From positions 1 to 55,864 of the forward strand of contig CAYUHD010000003.1 in NCBI GenBank assembly GCA_964444385.1: a DNA stretch of 55,864 nucleotides. The letters are read 5' to 3'. Within the stretch, counting starts at the first letter, position 1. Each line of letters starts with the position of its first letter. Below the pieces are notes generated by a model. It saw only the letters and a list, made by a program, of their open reading frames with translations. It searched no databases and was not told the DNA's origin. Below, piece by piece: positions 1 to 8,072 of the stretch. A program made the translations under genes and the position numbers. This stretch comes from an uncultured Gammaproteobacteria bacterium (GTDB lineage: Bacteria; Pseudomonadota; Gammaproteobacteria; Magnimaribacterales; D2472).

Positions 1-1
1 A

Positions 2-607
2 GAAGAAAGCTTTGTGCAAAAAAATTACAAACCTGTAAAAGAGTTTTGGATGATTGATCCAATTGATGGCACAAAAGAGTTTGTAAATAAATCCGATGAA
101 TTCACTACAAACATAGCACTTATTCAAAACGGTAAGCCAATTTTGGGGGTTGTAGGCGCCCCTGCCTTTAACCAAGTTTGGTCAGGGGTAGCCAAACAAT
201 CACATAAAAGGAAGAAGGCAAATAATAAAAAAAGAAAAATTTTAAGAATAGTTACCAGTAAAAGCCATAGAACAGTTATAGATACAGCTTTTTTAAACTT
301 CTTAGACAAGCATGGACAGAGGTTGAAGATTATCGCTAAGGGCAGTTCGCTAAAAATTTGCGCTTTAGCAGATGAAAAGGCAGATATTTACCCTAGATTT
401 GGCCCTACATCAGAGTGGGATATAGCTGCAGCTGATGCGGTGCTTCGTTCTAGGGGAGGAGGAATTTTTCAAATAGAAAACCAAAAACCTCTTGAATATG
501 GCAAAAAAAGCAGCATATTAAATCCTATGTTCATTGCATTAAGTGATTTGAACGAAAAAGGGACAATTTTGTCTCTAATAGGTGGTTTTAGTAAAAATTT
601 GCTATAA
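2..607 (+). CDS. cysQ: 3'(2'),5'-bisphosphate nucleotidase CysQ (inositol monophosphatase fold), 5' end cut by the window edge
   Basis: The frame is open from base 2. It carries the WMIDPIDGTKEF metal-binding motif and the WDIAAADAV motif typical of CysQ/IMPase proteins. Stop is TAA at 605-607. Confidence 0.8.
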   Translation, partial: EESFVQKNYKPVKEFWMIDPIDGTKEFVNKSDEFTTNIALIQNGKPILGVVGAPAFNQVWSGVAKQSHKRKKANNKKRKILRIVTSKSHRTVIDTAFLNFLDKHGQRLKIIAKGSSLKICALADEKADIYPRFGPTSEWDIAAADAVLRSRGGGIFQIENQKPLEYGKKSSILNPMFIALSDLNEKGTILSLIGGFSKNLL

Positions 608-660
608 TTATCTGTTCTTAATAACTATGAGTTATAATTAGTTATTAATAAAATATATAT

Positions 661-1521
661 ATGGGTACAGACTTACAAACAATTACGCTTTCTACTCCAG
701 GCAAGGACATAGAGTCCTATCTGTCCTGTGTGCACGCTATTCCTATCCTGACTGCAGAGCAAGAACAAGAATTAGCTCAAAAGTTATATAAAAATAACGA
801 TCTTGAAGCAGCTCGTCAGTTAGTACTTTCGCATTTAAGGTTTGTTGTGCATATTGCAAGATCTTATCAAGGTTATGGCTTGCCCCTCGCTGATATTATT
901 CAGGAAGGTAATGTTGGGTTGATGAAGGCTGTTGATCGATTTGATCCTAACAGGGGAGTTAAAGTTGTTTCTTTTGCTGTGCATTGGATCAAAGCAGAAA
1001 TTCATGAATACATTCTTAAGAATTGGAGAATGGTAAAAATCGCAACAACAAAAGCCCAAAGAAAATTATTTTTCAATCTTAGAAGCAAGAAAAAAACACT
1101 AGATTGGTTAACTCTAGAAGAGGCTGAGAAGATCGCAGAAGATCTGAACGTGGAAGTTAAAGATGTCTTGCATATGGAAAATCGACTTACATCTCATGAT
1201 TCCGCATTTGATGCGCCTGTTGGCAGCGATGATGAGGGTGATTTCCTCTCTCCATCTCAGTTTCTCGAAGACAAATCATCTAGTCCAGAAATTTTAGTTG
1301 AGGCACAAGAAGTTGCTGATCATAACGCGAAAGAGCTTTCTACGGCTTTATCTAGCCTAGATGAACGAAGTAAAGATATTATCGCAAGAAGATATCTTGC
1401 AGACGAAAAAGAAACACTTCACGATTTAGCTGATGAGTACAATGTTTCTGCAGAAAGAATTAGACAGATTGAAAATGGAGCATTGAAAAAGCTCAAAGCA
1501 GCCATGTCTAACGCAGCCTAA
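661..1521 (+). CDS. rpoH: RNA polymerase heat-shock sigma factor RpoH (sigma-32)
   Basis: Sigma-70 region 2 (DIIQEGNVGLMKAVDRFDP), the RpoH-box QRKLFFNLR, and a region 4 HTH (VSAERIRQIENGALKKL). The 286-aa length fits sigma-32. Confidence 0.95.
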   Translation: MGTDLQTITLSTPGKDIESYLSCVHAIPILTAEQEQELAQKLYKNNDLEAARQLVLSHLRFVVHIARSYQGYGLPLADIIQEGNVGLMKAVDRFDPNRGVKVVSFAVHWIKAEIHEYILKNWRMVKIATTKAQRKLFFNLRSKKKTLDWLTLEEAEKIAEDLNVEVKDVLHMENRLTSHDSAFDAPVGSDDEGDFLSPSQFLEDKSSSPEILVEAQEVADHNAKELSTALSSLDERSKDIIARRYLADEKETLHDLADEYNVSAERIRQIENGALKKLKAAMSNAA

Positions 1522-1536
1522 GAAGGGCAATTTCCT

Positions 1537-2193
1537 ATTAATCAAGATAAACCCTACCTAACAAGTTTTGTAAAAAGGCTTGGTCGAATTACTGCATCGC
1601 AAAGAACCGCATTGGGGTCTCTTGAAGAACACTATCTTTCAGGTGCTGACAAGCTGTCTACATTAGCTCAGAACCATGAAAAAATTATTTTAGAAATAGG
1701 CTTTGGAAATGGAGAAAATACATCTTTTTTAGCATCTAAAAATCCCAACGCATTAATTATTGCATCGGAGGTTTATCTTTCAGGCATAGGAAGCCTTTTA
1801 AATAGCATCTCTCAAAATTCTTTTAATAACATAAAAATTTTTGATGATGATGTGCGTGAATTGCTTTTAAAAGTTCAGCATGAAATTTTTGATGAAGTTT
1901 ATATTATCTGTCCTGATCCCTGGCCTAAAGCTAGACATCATAAACGTAGATTGGTTAAACATGACTTTTTAAAACTCTTAGCTAAAGTTCTTAAGAAAGA
2001 TGCAATGGTATATATATCTACTGACTGGGAAAATTATGCAGAATCTATTCAAGAAGAAATTGGAAAAACCAAGAAAAGTTTTGAGTTTAAAAAGATATCC
2101 AATGAAGGCATGCCCATAACTCGCTTTCAACAACGGGCAATCAATGAGGGCAGAGCAATACATACCTTCTTATTAAAAGTTCTAAAAGAATAA
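1537..2193 (+). CDS. trmB: tRNA (guanine46-N7)-methyltransferase TrmB
   Basis: SAM-binding EIGFGNGE and the PDPWPKARHHKRR motif. The first canonical start is TTG at 1612. The in-frame upstream peptide LTSFVKRLGRITASQ matches the conserved E. coli TrmB N-terminal segment SFVRRQGRLTKGQ. The 5' end given here is the only near-cognate codon (ATT at 1537) and is tentative. The stop coordinate is secure. Confidence 0.85.
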   Translation: MNQDKPYLTSFVKRLGRITASQRTALGSLEEHYLSGADKLSTLAQNHEKIILEIGFGNGENTSFLASKNPNALIIASEVYLSGIGSLLNSISQNSFNNIKIFDDDVRELLLKVQHEIFDEVYIICPDPWPKARHHKRRLVKHDFLKLLAKVLKKDAMVYISTDWENYAESIQEEIGKTKKSFEFKKISNEGMPITRFQQRAINEGRAIHTFLLKVLKE

Positions 2194-3279
2194 TTGAATA
2201 GTTTCGTTAAGAAATTGATATCCTTTTTGAGTTGTTCCAATTTTATCTTTAAGAAGCAAACCTTCAGCAACACCTTTCTTATATTTCTTTAAGAAGCTTG
2301 AGGGGAGCCTAATGCTTAAATCTTTTTGTTGAAGACCTTTCTTGATTCTTAACAGATTCATTGCAAGATCGAGATCTAAGTCATTATTTGAAATAATTTT
2401 TAAGTCAGTCGTATTTTGCTTTTTTATGTATGTTTCTAAGGGCTTAATTTTTCTGTATCTAACAATTTCTTTTCCATTCGAAATTTTGCTATGTGACCCA
2501 GGCCCCACTCCTAAAAAATCACCAAATTGCCAATAATTTAAATTATGCTGACTTTCGTACCCCGGTTTAGACCAAGAAGAAATTTCATATTGTTGAAAAC
2601 CATTTTTTTCTAAAAGTTCTTTTGAAATAGCCTCCATTTTTTCAATTTCTTCTTCTTCTGGAAGAAAAAGTTCTTTTTTATAAAAAATGGTATTTGTTTC
2701 AATCGTTAATTGGTACAAAGATAAATGATTGACGTTTGATATAACGAATCTTTCTATGTTTGCAGCAAAAGAATCGGGCGTTTGATTTTCAATGCCATAC
2801 ATCAGATCAATTGTTGCATTGGTTCCTTTAAGAAGCTGACTGGCCTTAAGTGCAGAATCGTGATTATGATTTCGCCCTAAGGCTTCCAACTCTTGATCAT
2901 TATAACTTTGAATGCCTAAGGATATGCGATTGATTCCAGCTATCAATAATTCGTCTATTTTTTTTGCCGAAACATCATTTGGATTCATCTCCAAAGTTAT
3001 CTCAGTTTCTGAACTTGATAATTTATCTTTGATAGAATCCAAGATATATTTTATTGATTCAGATGAGGCAAGCGATGGGGTTCCGCCTCCAAAGTAGACG
3101 GTTCTAAACTTTCTATCAGCTATTAAATGATTAGATTGATCGATGTCTTTAATTATTGCTTCGGCCAACCTTTTATCATTGCCATTTACCGGATCAGTGG
3201 TAATAGAAAAATCACAATAAGGACACTTTGTTTCGCACCAGGGCAGGTGAACATAAAGGCTAAGGGGTATTTTATTCAG
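2182..3279 (-). CDS. hemW: Radical SAM heme chaperone HemW (HemN-like, YggW family)
   Basis: Family-typical GGGTPS and radical-SAM core. The CxxxCxxC motif (CETKCPYC, 3214-3237) lies upstream of the first canonical start (TTG at 3168), so the 5' end must be further upstream. The proposed start is CTG at 3277-3279, giving MNKIPLSLYVHLPWC, which parallels E. coli MVKLPPLSLYIHIPWC. It follows rdgB as in E. coli. Confidence 0.85.
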   Translation of the reverse strand: MNKIPLSLYVHLPWCETKCPYCDFSITTDPVNGNDKRLAEAIIKDIDQSNHLIADRKFRTVYFGGGTPSLASSESIKYILDSIKDKLSSSETEITLEMNPNDVSAKKIDELLIAGINRISLGIQSYNDQELEALGRNHNHDSALKASQLLKGTNATIDLMYGIENQTPDSFAANIERFVISNVNHLSLYQLTIETNTIFYKKELFLPEEEEIEKMEAISKELLEKNGFQQYEISSWSKPGYESQHNLNYWQFGDFLGVGPGSHSKISNGKEIVRYRKIKPLETYIKKQNTTDLKIISNNDLDLDLAMNLLRIKKGLQQKDLSIRLPSSFLKKYKKGVAEGLLLKDKIGTTQKGYQFLNETIQLFF

Positions 3280-3877
3280 AAGAAAACCCTTCGATCTTTC
3301 TTTTTAAAATTTCAATGGCTTTCCCTCTGTGGCTAATTAGGGCTTTTTCATCTGCATTCATTTCTCCTAAAGATAGATTACTACCTTTTGGATAAAACAT
3401 AGGATCATAACCAAAGCCATTGGCACCCCTGATTATTGTTTTTACAGAACCCTCTAAAAGTCCAGTTGCAATCAGAGGGAATGGATCTGCAGAAACTTGT
3501 ATCAGCACCAGCACGCATACAAAGTATGCTTTGGTCTCAGTTGAATTTAATCTTTCCAATTCTTTTTTAAGGAATTGCCTATTTTCTTCATCGGTCGCGT
3601 TTTTATGCGCATATCTCGCAGACTGCAATCCTGGTAAATTATTTAAGACAGGAACAATTAAGCCTGAATCATCTCCGATGGCAGCCAAACCAGAAGCCTT
3701 ATTTGCTATTCGAGCTTTTTGAAGACTATTTTCAAAAAAAGTTCCTCCAACCTCTTCTTCCGGAATTATGTCTAAAGAAGTTTGAGAAATTATTTCAAAG
3801 TTAGGTAGCAGTAAACCAAATTCTTTCAGTTTGCCCGGGTTATTAGTTGCAACAACAAGAGTTGATTTATTAGCCAA
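3272..3877 (-). CDS. rdgB: dITP/XTP pyrophosphatase RdgB (HAM1 family)
   Basis: VVATNNPGKLKEF N-terminus, plus FGYDPMF and SHRGKA motifs. A TTG at 3877 gives a family-typical N-terminus (MANKSTLVVATNN). The alternative TTG at 3901 would add 8 aa. Confidence 0.9.
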   Translation of the reverse strand: MANKSTLVVATNNPGKLKEFGLLLPNFEIISQTSLDIIPEEEVGGTFFENSLQKARIANKASGLAAIGDDSGLIVPVLNNLPGLQSARYAHKNATDEENRQFLKKELERLNSTETKAYFVCVLVLIQVSADPFPLIATGLLEGSVKTIIRGANGFGYDPMFYPKGSNLSLGEMNADEKALISHRGKAIEILKRKIEGFSSE

Positions 3878-4457
3878 TGAGATAGACTGCCTCAGCAGCA
3901 AATAGGTTTGGGAAAGCGTTAGCTAGCCACGAAGATTTACCTCGACTATTTAAATACACTCTCTTTTTAATGTTAAAAGATTCTTCTCGGCATAATTCTT
4001 CAAAATCTGCAATTGTACAAAGATGAAGGTTCTTTGTTTCATACCATTTGGCTGGTAGTTGAGCTGAGGAGGGCATTTTACCTTTTAATAATCCTACTCT
4101 TAGTTCCCAGTTTCCAAAATTAGGTAGTGTTATCACGCACTCATTTGCAACTTTTAAAATGTTTGTCATCGCATCTCTAGGTCTTCTTAAGCACTGAATA
4201 GAACTGGCCATAATTGCAACATCAAAACCCATGTCTCTATAGTTCTGAATACCAGCATCAATGTCTTGTTGAATGACTGGGACTCGATTAATGATGCAGG
4301 CATTAATTTTATTGGGATCGTTTTCTACTCCATAACCGGTAACAGATTTACTCTTAGCCAGCATCTTGAGAAGAGTTCCATCCCCACAACCAAAATCCAC
4401 AACCTTAGACTGACTAGGAATCCAATCTATAACAATTGATTGAAGTTTATTATTCAT
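3870..4457 (-). CDS. metW: Methionine biosynthesis protein MetW
   Basis: SAM-methyltransferase-like DFGCGDG motif and 195-aa length. It lies immediately downstream of metX and overlaps it, which is the classical metXW pair. Confidence 0.9.
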   Translation of the reverse strand: MNNKLQSIVIDWIPSQSKVVDFGCGDGTLLKMLAKSKSVTGYGVENDPNKINACIINRVPVIQQDIDAGIQNYRDMGFDVAIMASSIQCLRRPRDAMTNILKVANECVITLPNFGNWELRVGLLKGKMPSSAQLPAKWYETKNLHLCTIADFEELCREESFNIKKRVYLNSRGKSSWLANAFPNLFAAEAVYLIG

Positions 4458-5547
4458 TGGAATTTAAAAAATTTTTAAGTGCAGCAGAATACTGATTAGA
4501 ATAAAAGAGAAAACTATCATGACCATAGTCTCCATCAAGTTCGATGTAGGTGCTATCGATTCCAGCCTTGATAGCAGACATTTGCATGTCCAATCCATAC
4601 TCTTTTGGAAAAAGCCAATCTGAATCAAAAGACGCAATAAGTAATTTTGCTTGAGTGCTCTTAAGACATTCCACTAAATCGTGGTTAAAATCTTTTGCTG
4701 GATCAAAACCGTCCATGGCTTTAGTCATTAAGATATAGCTATTGGCATCAAAAGTTTTAGCAAACTGCTCTCCTTTATATTGGAGGTAATTTTCTACTTC
4801 ATAGTTTATATCCGCATCCATTTTGGTTTTCGGATCTTGTAGCCTTCTTCCAAACCTTTTGCTCATATTAGATTCTGATAAATAAGTAATATGTCCGAGC
4901 ATCCTTGCGGCTTTTAATCCTTTGCTAGGCGACACACCTTTTGACAAATAATCGCCATTATGAAAGTTCTCATCTTTTTTGATCATCTCTCTAGCAACTT
5001 CGTTTAATGCAATATTTTGAGTACTTATTTTTGAAGAGGCCGCGATAATTGCAGCTTTATTAATTTTTTTAGGATATGAAATAGCCCATTGAAGAGCCTG
5101 CATTCCACCCAAGCTTCCCCCAGCAACCATTTCCCAACACTTAATTCCAAGATGATCAGCTAGCAATTTTTGAGTTTCTACCCAGTCACTAACTGAAATC
5201 TCGGGAAAAGTCGCTCCGAAAGGTTGCCCTGATTCGGGAGAAATAGAATTAGGTCCTGAAGAGCCATGGCAGCCACCGATGTTGTTAATAGAAACAACAA
5301 AATAATTCTTTGTATCAATTGTTTTGCCGTCTCCGATCAATTCATCCCACCAACCAGGTTTTTCTTCTTCTTTAATTCCAGCCGCATGATGACTACCAGA
5401 AAAGGCGTGACATACTAAAACAGCATTAGTTTTTTCTTGGTTAAGTTCTCCATAGGTTTCGGTCATTAATTCAAACCCAGATAAGGACTTGCCTGATTGG
5501 AGAGCCAAAGAATCCTTAAAAGTAATTTTTTTAGATACTACTTTCAT
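4450..5547 (-). CDS. metX: Homoserine O-acyltransferase MetX (acetyl versus succinyl specificity not decidable by eye)
   Basis: Alpha/beta hydrolase with nucleophile elbow GGSLGGMQALQW, CHAFSGSHH, and a C-terminal GHDSFL motif. Confidence 0.93.
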   Translation of the reverse strand: MKVVSKKITFKDSLALQSGKSLSGFELMTETYGELNQEKTNAVLVCHAFSGSHHAAGIKEEEKPGWWDELIGDGKTIDTKNYFVVSINNIGGCHGSSGPNSISPESGQPFGATFPEISVSDWVETQKLLADHLGIKCWEMVAGGSLGGMQALQWAISYPKKINKAAIIAASSKISTQNIALNEVAREMIKKDENFHNGDYLSKGVSPSKGLKAARMLGHITYLSESNMSKRFGRRLQDPKTKMDADINYEVENYLQYKGEQFAKTFDANSYILMTKAMDGFDPAKDFNHDLVECLKSTQAKLLIASFDSDWLFPKEYGLDMQMSAIKAGIDSTYIELDGDYGHDSFLFYSNQYSAALKNFLNSNE

Positions 5548-6059
5548 AGCAAAGCTCGGATAACCTGAACAAAAGAGGTATTAATTAGATTTAGAACAAC
5601 TAGGCCTATTATCGGAGTGAAATCAAGACCTCCCATTGGCGGCAAAAATTTTCTTATGGGATCTAAAATACCCGAAGAAATCTCTTCAATGATTTGTAAT
5701 AAGGGATGATTCCCTCCCGGAGCAACCCAGCTTAATACAACAGACCCTATAAGACTGTAGAATAAAATTCTAAACCCAGAATTTATAACATCAATTGTAG
5801 AGATATAGAACAATGTTAGAGGTTCGTATCCAGAAGAGTATGCTAGGTAAAACGAGCTAAACTTAAATACTAAAGCTAAACTGATCGCAGCAAAAAGCGG
5901 CGGCATGAAGAAGAAAATATTTTTCGAAATCGGCTCTAGGTAAGCAGCAAATATTTTTACTATTGGATTAAAGTAATTAATTCTAAATAGCCTGAATATT
6001 GATAGAAGGACGAAAGCATAACTTGCAAAGCTCAAAATTATTGCTACTACGCTAATCAT
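5544..6059 (-). CDS. yggT: YggT family integral membrane protein
   Basis: A 171-aa multi-TM protein in the conserved position between proC and metX (yggS-proC-yggT synteny). Confidence 0.7.
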   Translation of the reverse strand: MISVVAIILSFASYAFVLLSIFRLFRINYFNPIVKIFAAYLEPISKNIFFFMPPLFAAISLALVFKFSSFYLAYSSGYEPLTLFYISTIDVINSGFRILFYSLIGSVVLSWVAPGGNHPLLQIIEEISSGILDPIRKFLPPMGGLDFTPIIGLVVLNLINTSFVQVIRALL

Positions 6060-6862
6060 ATTTTCTCAAGTATCTGTTTTTGTTCATTGCTAATCTCAAT
6101 TGACCTATTTGCAGCCGCGCGAAAAGCATCTTTAAAAATTTTATCAAGGTTATTTTGCTCAAGAGATTCTATGCCTGCCTGAGTTGTACCCCCAGGGGAT
6201 TTTATCTTATTTATCAAGCTTTCAAAATCTGGCTCTTGGGCGAATGAGTCTCCAAGGCTGCTAACAAAATCTTTAAATATTTCTTTGGAAGCTACTTCGA
6301 TATTTAATGGTATTTTTTCTAGTTCACCAAGATAAATATTTAGGACTAGGAATAGAAAAGCTTGGCCGCTTCCAATAATACTGGTGAACTCATGCATTTC
6401 ATCTTCACTTTTAAGTGCTAAAACATGCCCAATTTTTTTAAATAGATTATTAGCAATTTTGAACGCTTTAGATTCTTGATCCAGAGCATATATAGCAGTT
6501 AGTCCTTTGCCAAAAGCACATGCGGTATTTGGCATTGAGCGAATAACAGAGCTAGGTTTTGAGTACTTATCCAAAGTTATCCCAGCAACAACACTTAAAA
6601 TTATTGATTGGGGAGCAATTTTAAAAATATCTTTTTCTACGCTCAAAGCATCTTTTGGTTTAACTGCTAGCAGAATTAGATCAAAGTTCTCAGAGGCCAA
6701 ATCTTCTAACTTAAGTATTCTTAAATTTTTTTCTTGAAGCAACTCAACTTTTTGTTTATTTCTTTCAATGCAGGCAATGCTATTAGCTGAAATACCACCT
6801 TTTAATAATCCATCAATGATCGCTTGAGCGATATTGCCACATCCAAGGAAACAAATATTCAT
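6056..6862 (-). CDS. proC: Pyrroline-5-carboxylate reductase
   Basis: N-terminal Rossmann motif ICFLGCGNIAQAI and the C-terminal SPGGTTQAGIESLE signature. Confidence 0.92.
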   Translation of the reverse strand: MNICFLGCGNIAQAIIDGLLKGGISANSIACIERNKQKVELLQEKNLRILKLEDLASENFDLILLAVKPKDALSVEKDIFKIAPQSIILSVVAGITLDKYSKPSSVIRSMPNTACAFGKGLTAIYALDQESKAFKIANNLFKKIGHVLALKSEDEMHEFTSIIGSGQAFLFLVLNIYLGELEKIPLNIEVASKEIFKDFVSSLGDSFAQEPDFESLINKIKSPGGTTQAGIESLEQNNLDKIFKDAFRAAANRSIEISNEQKQILEKI

Positions 6863-7545
6863 GATCTTTTGCCCAGCAAACTCTCTCCAATTCTTATAAT
6901 TGTTGAGCCAGCAATGATAGATTCTTCATAATCGCCCGAGGTTCCCAGTGAAAAGTTTTTGCAGCTCGGAATTTCAGAAATTAATGATTTTTTAAGATAC
7001 ATAATATTTTTCATAGTATTCATTTTAGCTGTTTTAGAAGCATTAATCTTAGGCATAAACATTAACCCTTCTAGGATCAAGTTTGGATAATATGTATCAA
7101 GGTTCTTTGCAAAATCAATTACATCCTCGGGATGTATGCCTGATTTAGATTCTTCTTGGTCAATATTTACCTGAATTAATGAATGAATCTTTTTCCCTTC
7201 AGTATCTAATGCTGTATTAAGTTTTTTTGCAATTTTCTCTCTATCTATTGAATGAATCCAATCAGCATGCTTAGCAATCAGACTCACTTTATTCGATTGG
7301 ATTGGACCAATAAAATGCCAAATAATATTGTCAGGGCATGCTGAAGATTTTTCAGCCAGTTCTTGAGCATAATTCTCACCAAAGTTTGTTATCCCAAGAG
7401 CATATGCGTCTTTTATGACCTCAATAGATTGCAGTTTGGAAACAGCAACTAGCTTTACATCATCTCGAGATCGTTGAGCTTGAAGACAAGCCGCTTGAAT
7501 CTTGTCAGAAATATTCATAAATCTATCTGTTATGCTTTCGTGCAT
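6859..7545 (-). CDS. yggS: PLP homeostasis protein YggS (alanine racemase N-terminal-like fold)
   Basis: KLVAVSK (PLP lysine), FGENYAQE, WHFIGPIQSNK and SGDYE motifs. The 228-aa length fits. Confidence 0.9.
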   Translation of the reverse strand: MHESITDRFMNISDKIQAACLQAQRSRDDVKLVAVSKLQSIEVIKDAYALGITNFGENYAQELAEKSSACPDNIIWHFIGPIQSNKVSLIAKHADWIHSIDREKIAKKLNTALDTEGKKIHSLIQVNIDQEESKSGIHPEDVIDFAKNLDTYYPNLILEGLMFMPKINASKTAKMNTMKNIMYLKKSLISEIPSCKNFSLGTSGDYEESIIAGSTIIRIGESLLGKRS

Positions 7546-8066
7546 TTTTTATAGATTAATGGTTGTCTATTATTCTTCATGAGCAGCTCTCTAGCATTAT
7601 TTACTTCAGATTTATTTAGATATGGACCCGACATAACTCTAAATAATGGCTTATCTGGCTGACTCGAGCTAAATGTTTTTTCTACGTAAGATTTTAACCC
7701 CAGAGACAGCAAAGAGCTGAGTTGCTCCTGCGCATATATTCTCTTTCCATATGATTCGATTTGGATGAGATACTCACAATCTTCCTCAATAACTATTCCC
7801 TCAAGTTCAATTAGCACTGTATCGTTTTCTAACTCCACCGGGTATAGAAATTCTACTTTAGGGTTATTTACATTACCCCTTATATTTACCACATTGGTTT
7901 GAAATATTATGTTTGAGGCAAATAAAACCAAGGCACTCATACCAGCAATGATAAATAAGTGTTTTAATTTCAATGGTTGGTTGAGCTCTCTTTTTGCCCG
8001 TAAAGACGTTTTAACTCTTTTTGTCTTTGATTTATTTATAGGGTGTCTTTTTGCAAAATCTTTCAC
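7530..8066 (-). CDS. Membrane-anchored SPOR-like domain protein
   Basis: Basic N-terminus, one TM helix (LFIIAGMSALVLFASNIIF), and a C-terminal segment YLIQIESYG...FRVMSGPYLNKSEVNNARELL resembling a SPOR repeat. Function is not certain. Confidence 0.5.
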   Translation of the reverse strand: MKDFAKRHPINKSKTKRVKTSLRAKRELNQPLKLKHLFIIAGMSALVLFASNIIFQTNVVNIRGNVNNPKVEFLYPVELENDTVLIELEGIVIEEDCEYLIQIESYGKRIYAQEQLSSLLSLGLKSYVEKTFSSSQPDKPLFRVMSGPYLNKSEVNNARELLMKNNRQPLIYKKCTKA

Positions 8067-8072
8067 AATTAA

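Noticed and set aside
1519-1521. Stop-codon read-through producing an RpoH-TrmB fusion, since the two genes share a frame separated by a single TAA.
   Set aside because: There is no precedent for such a fusion, and TAA is the most efficient stop. The shared frame is a 1-in-3 coincidence. A near-cognate start for trmB is the simpler explanation.
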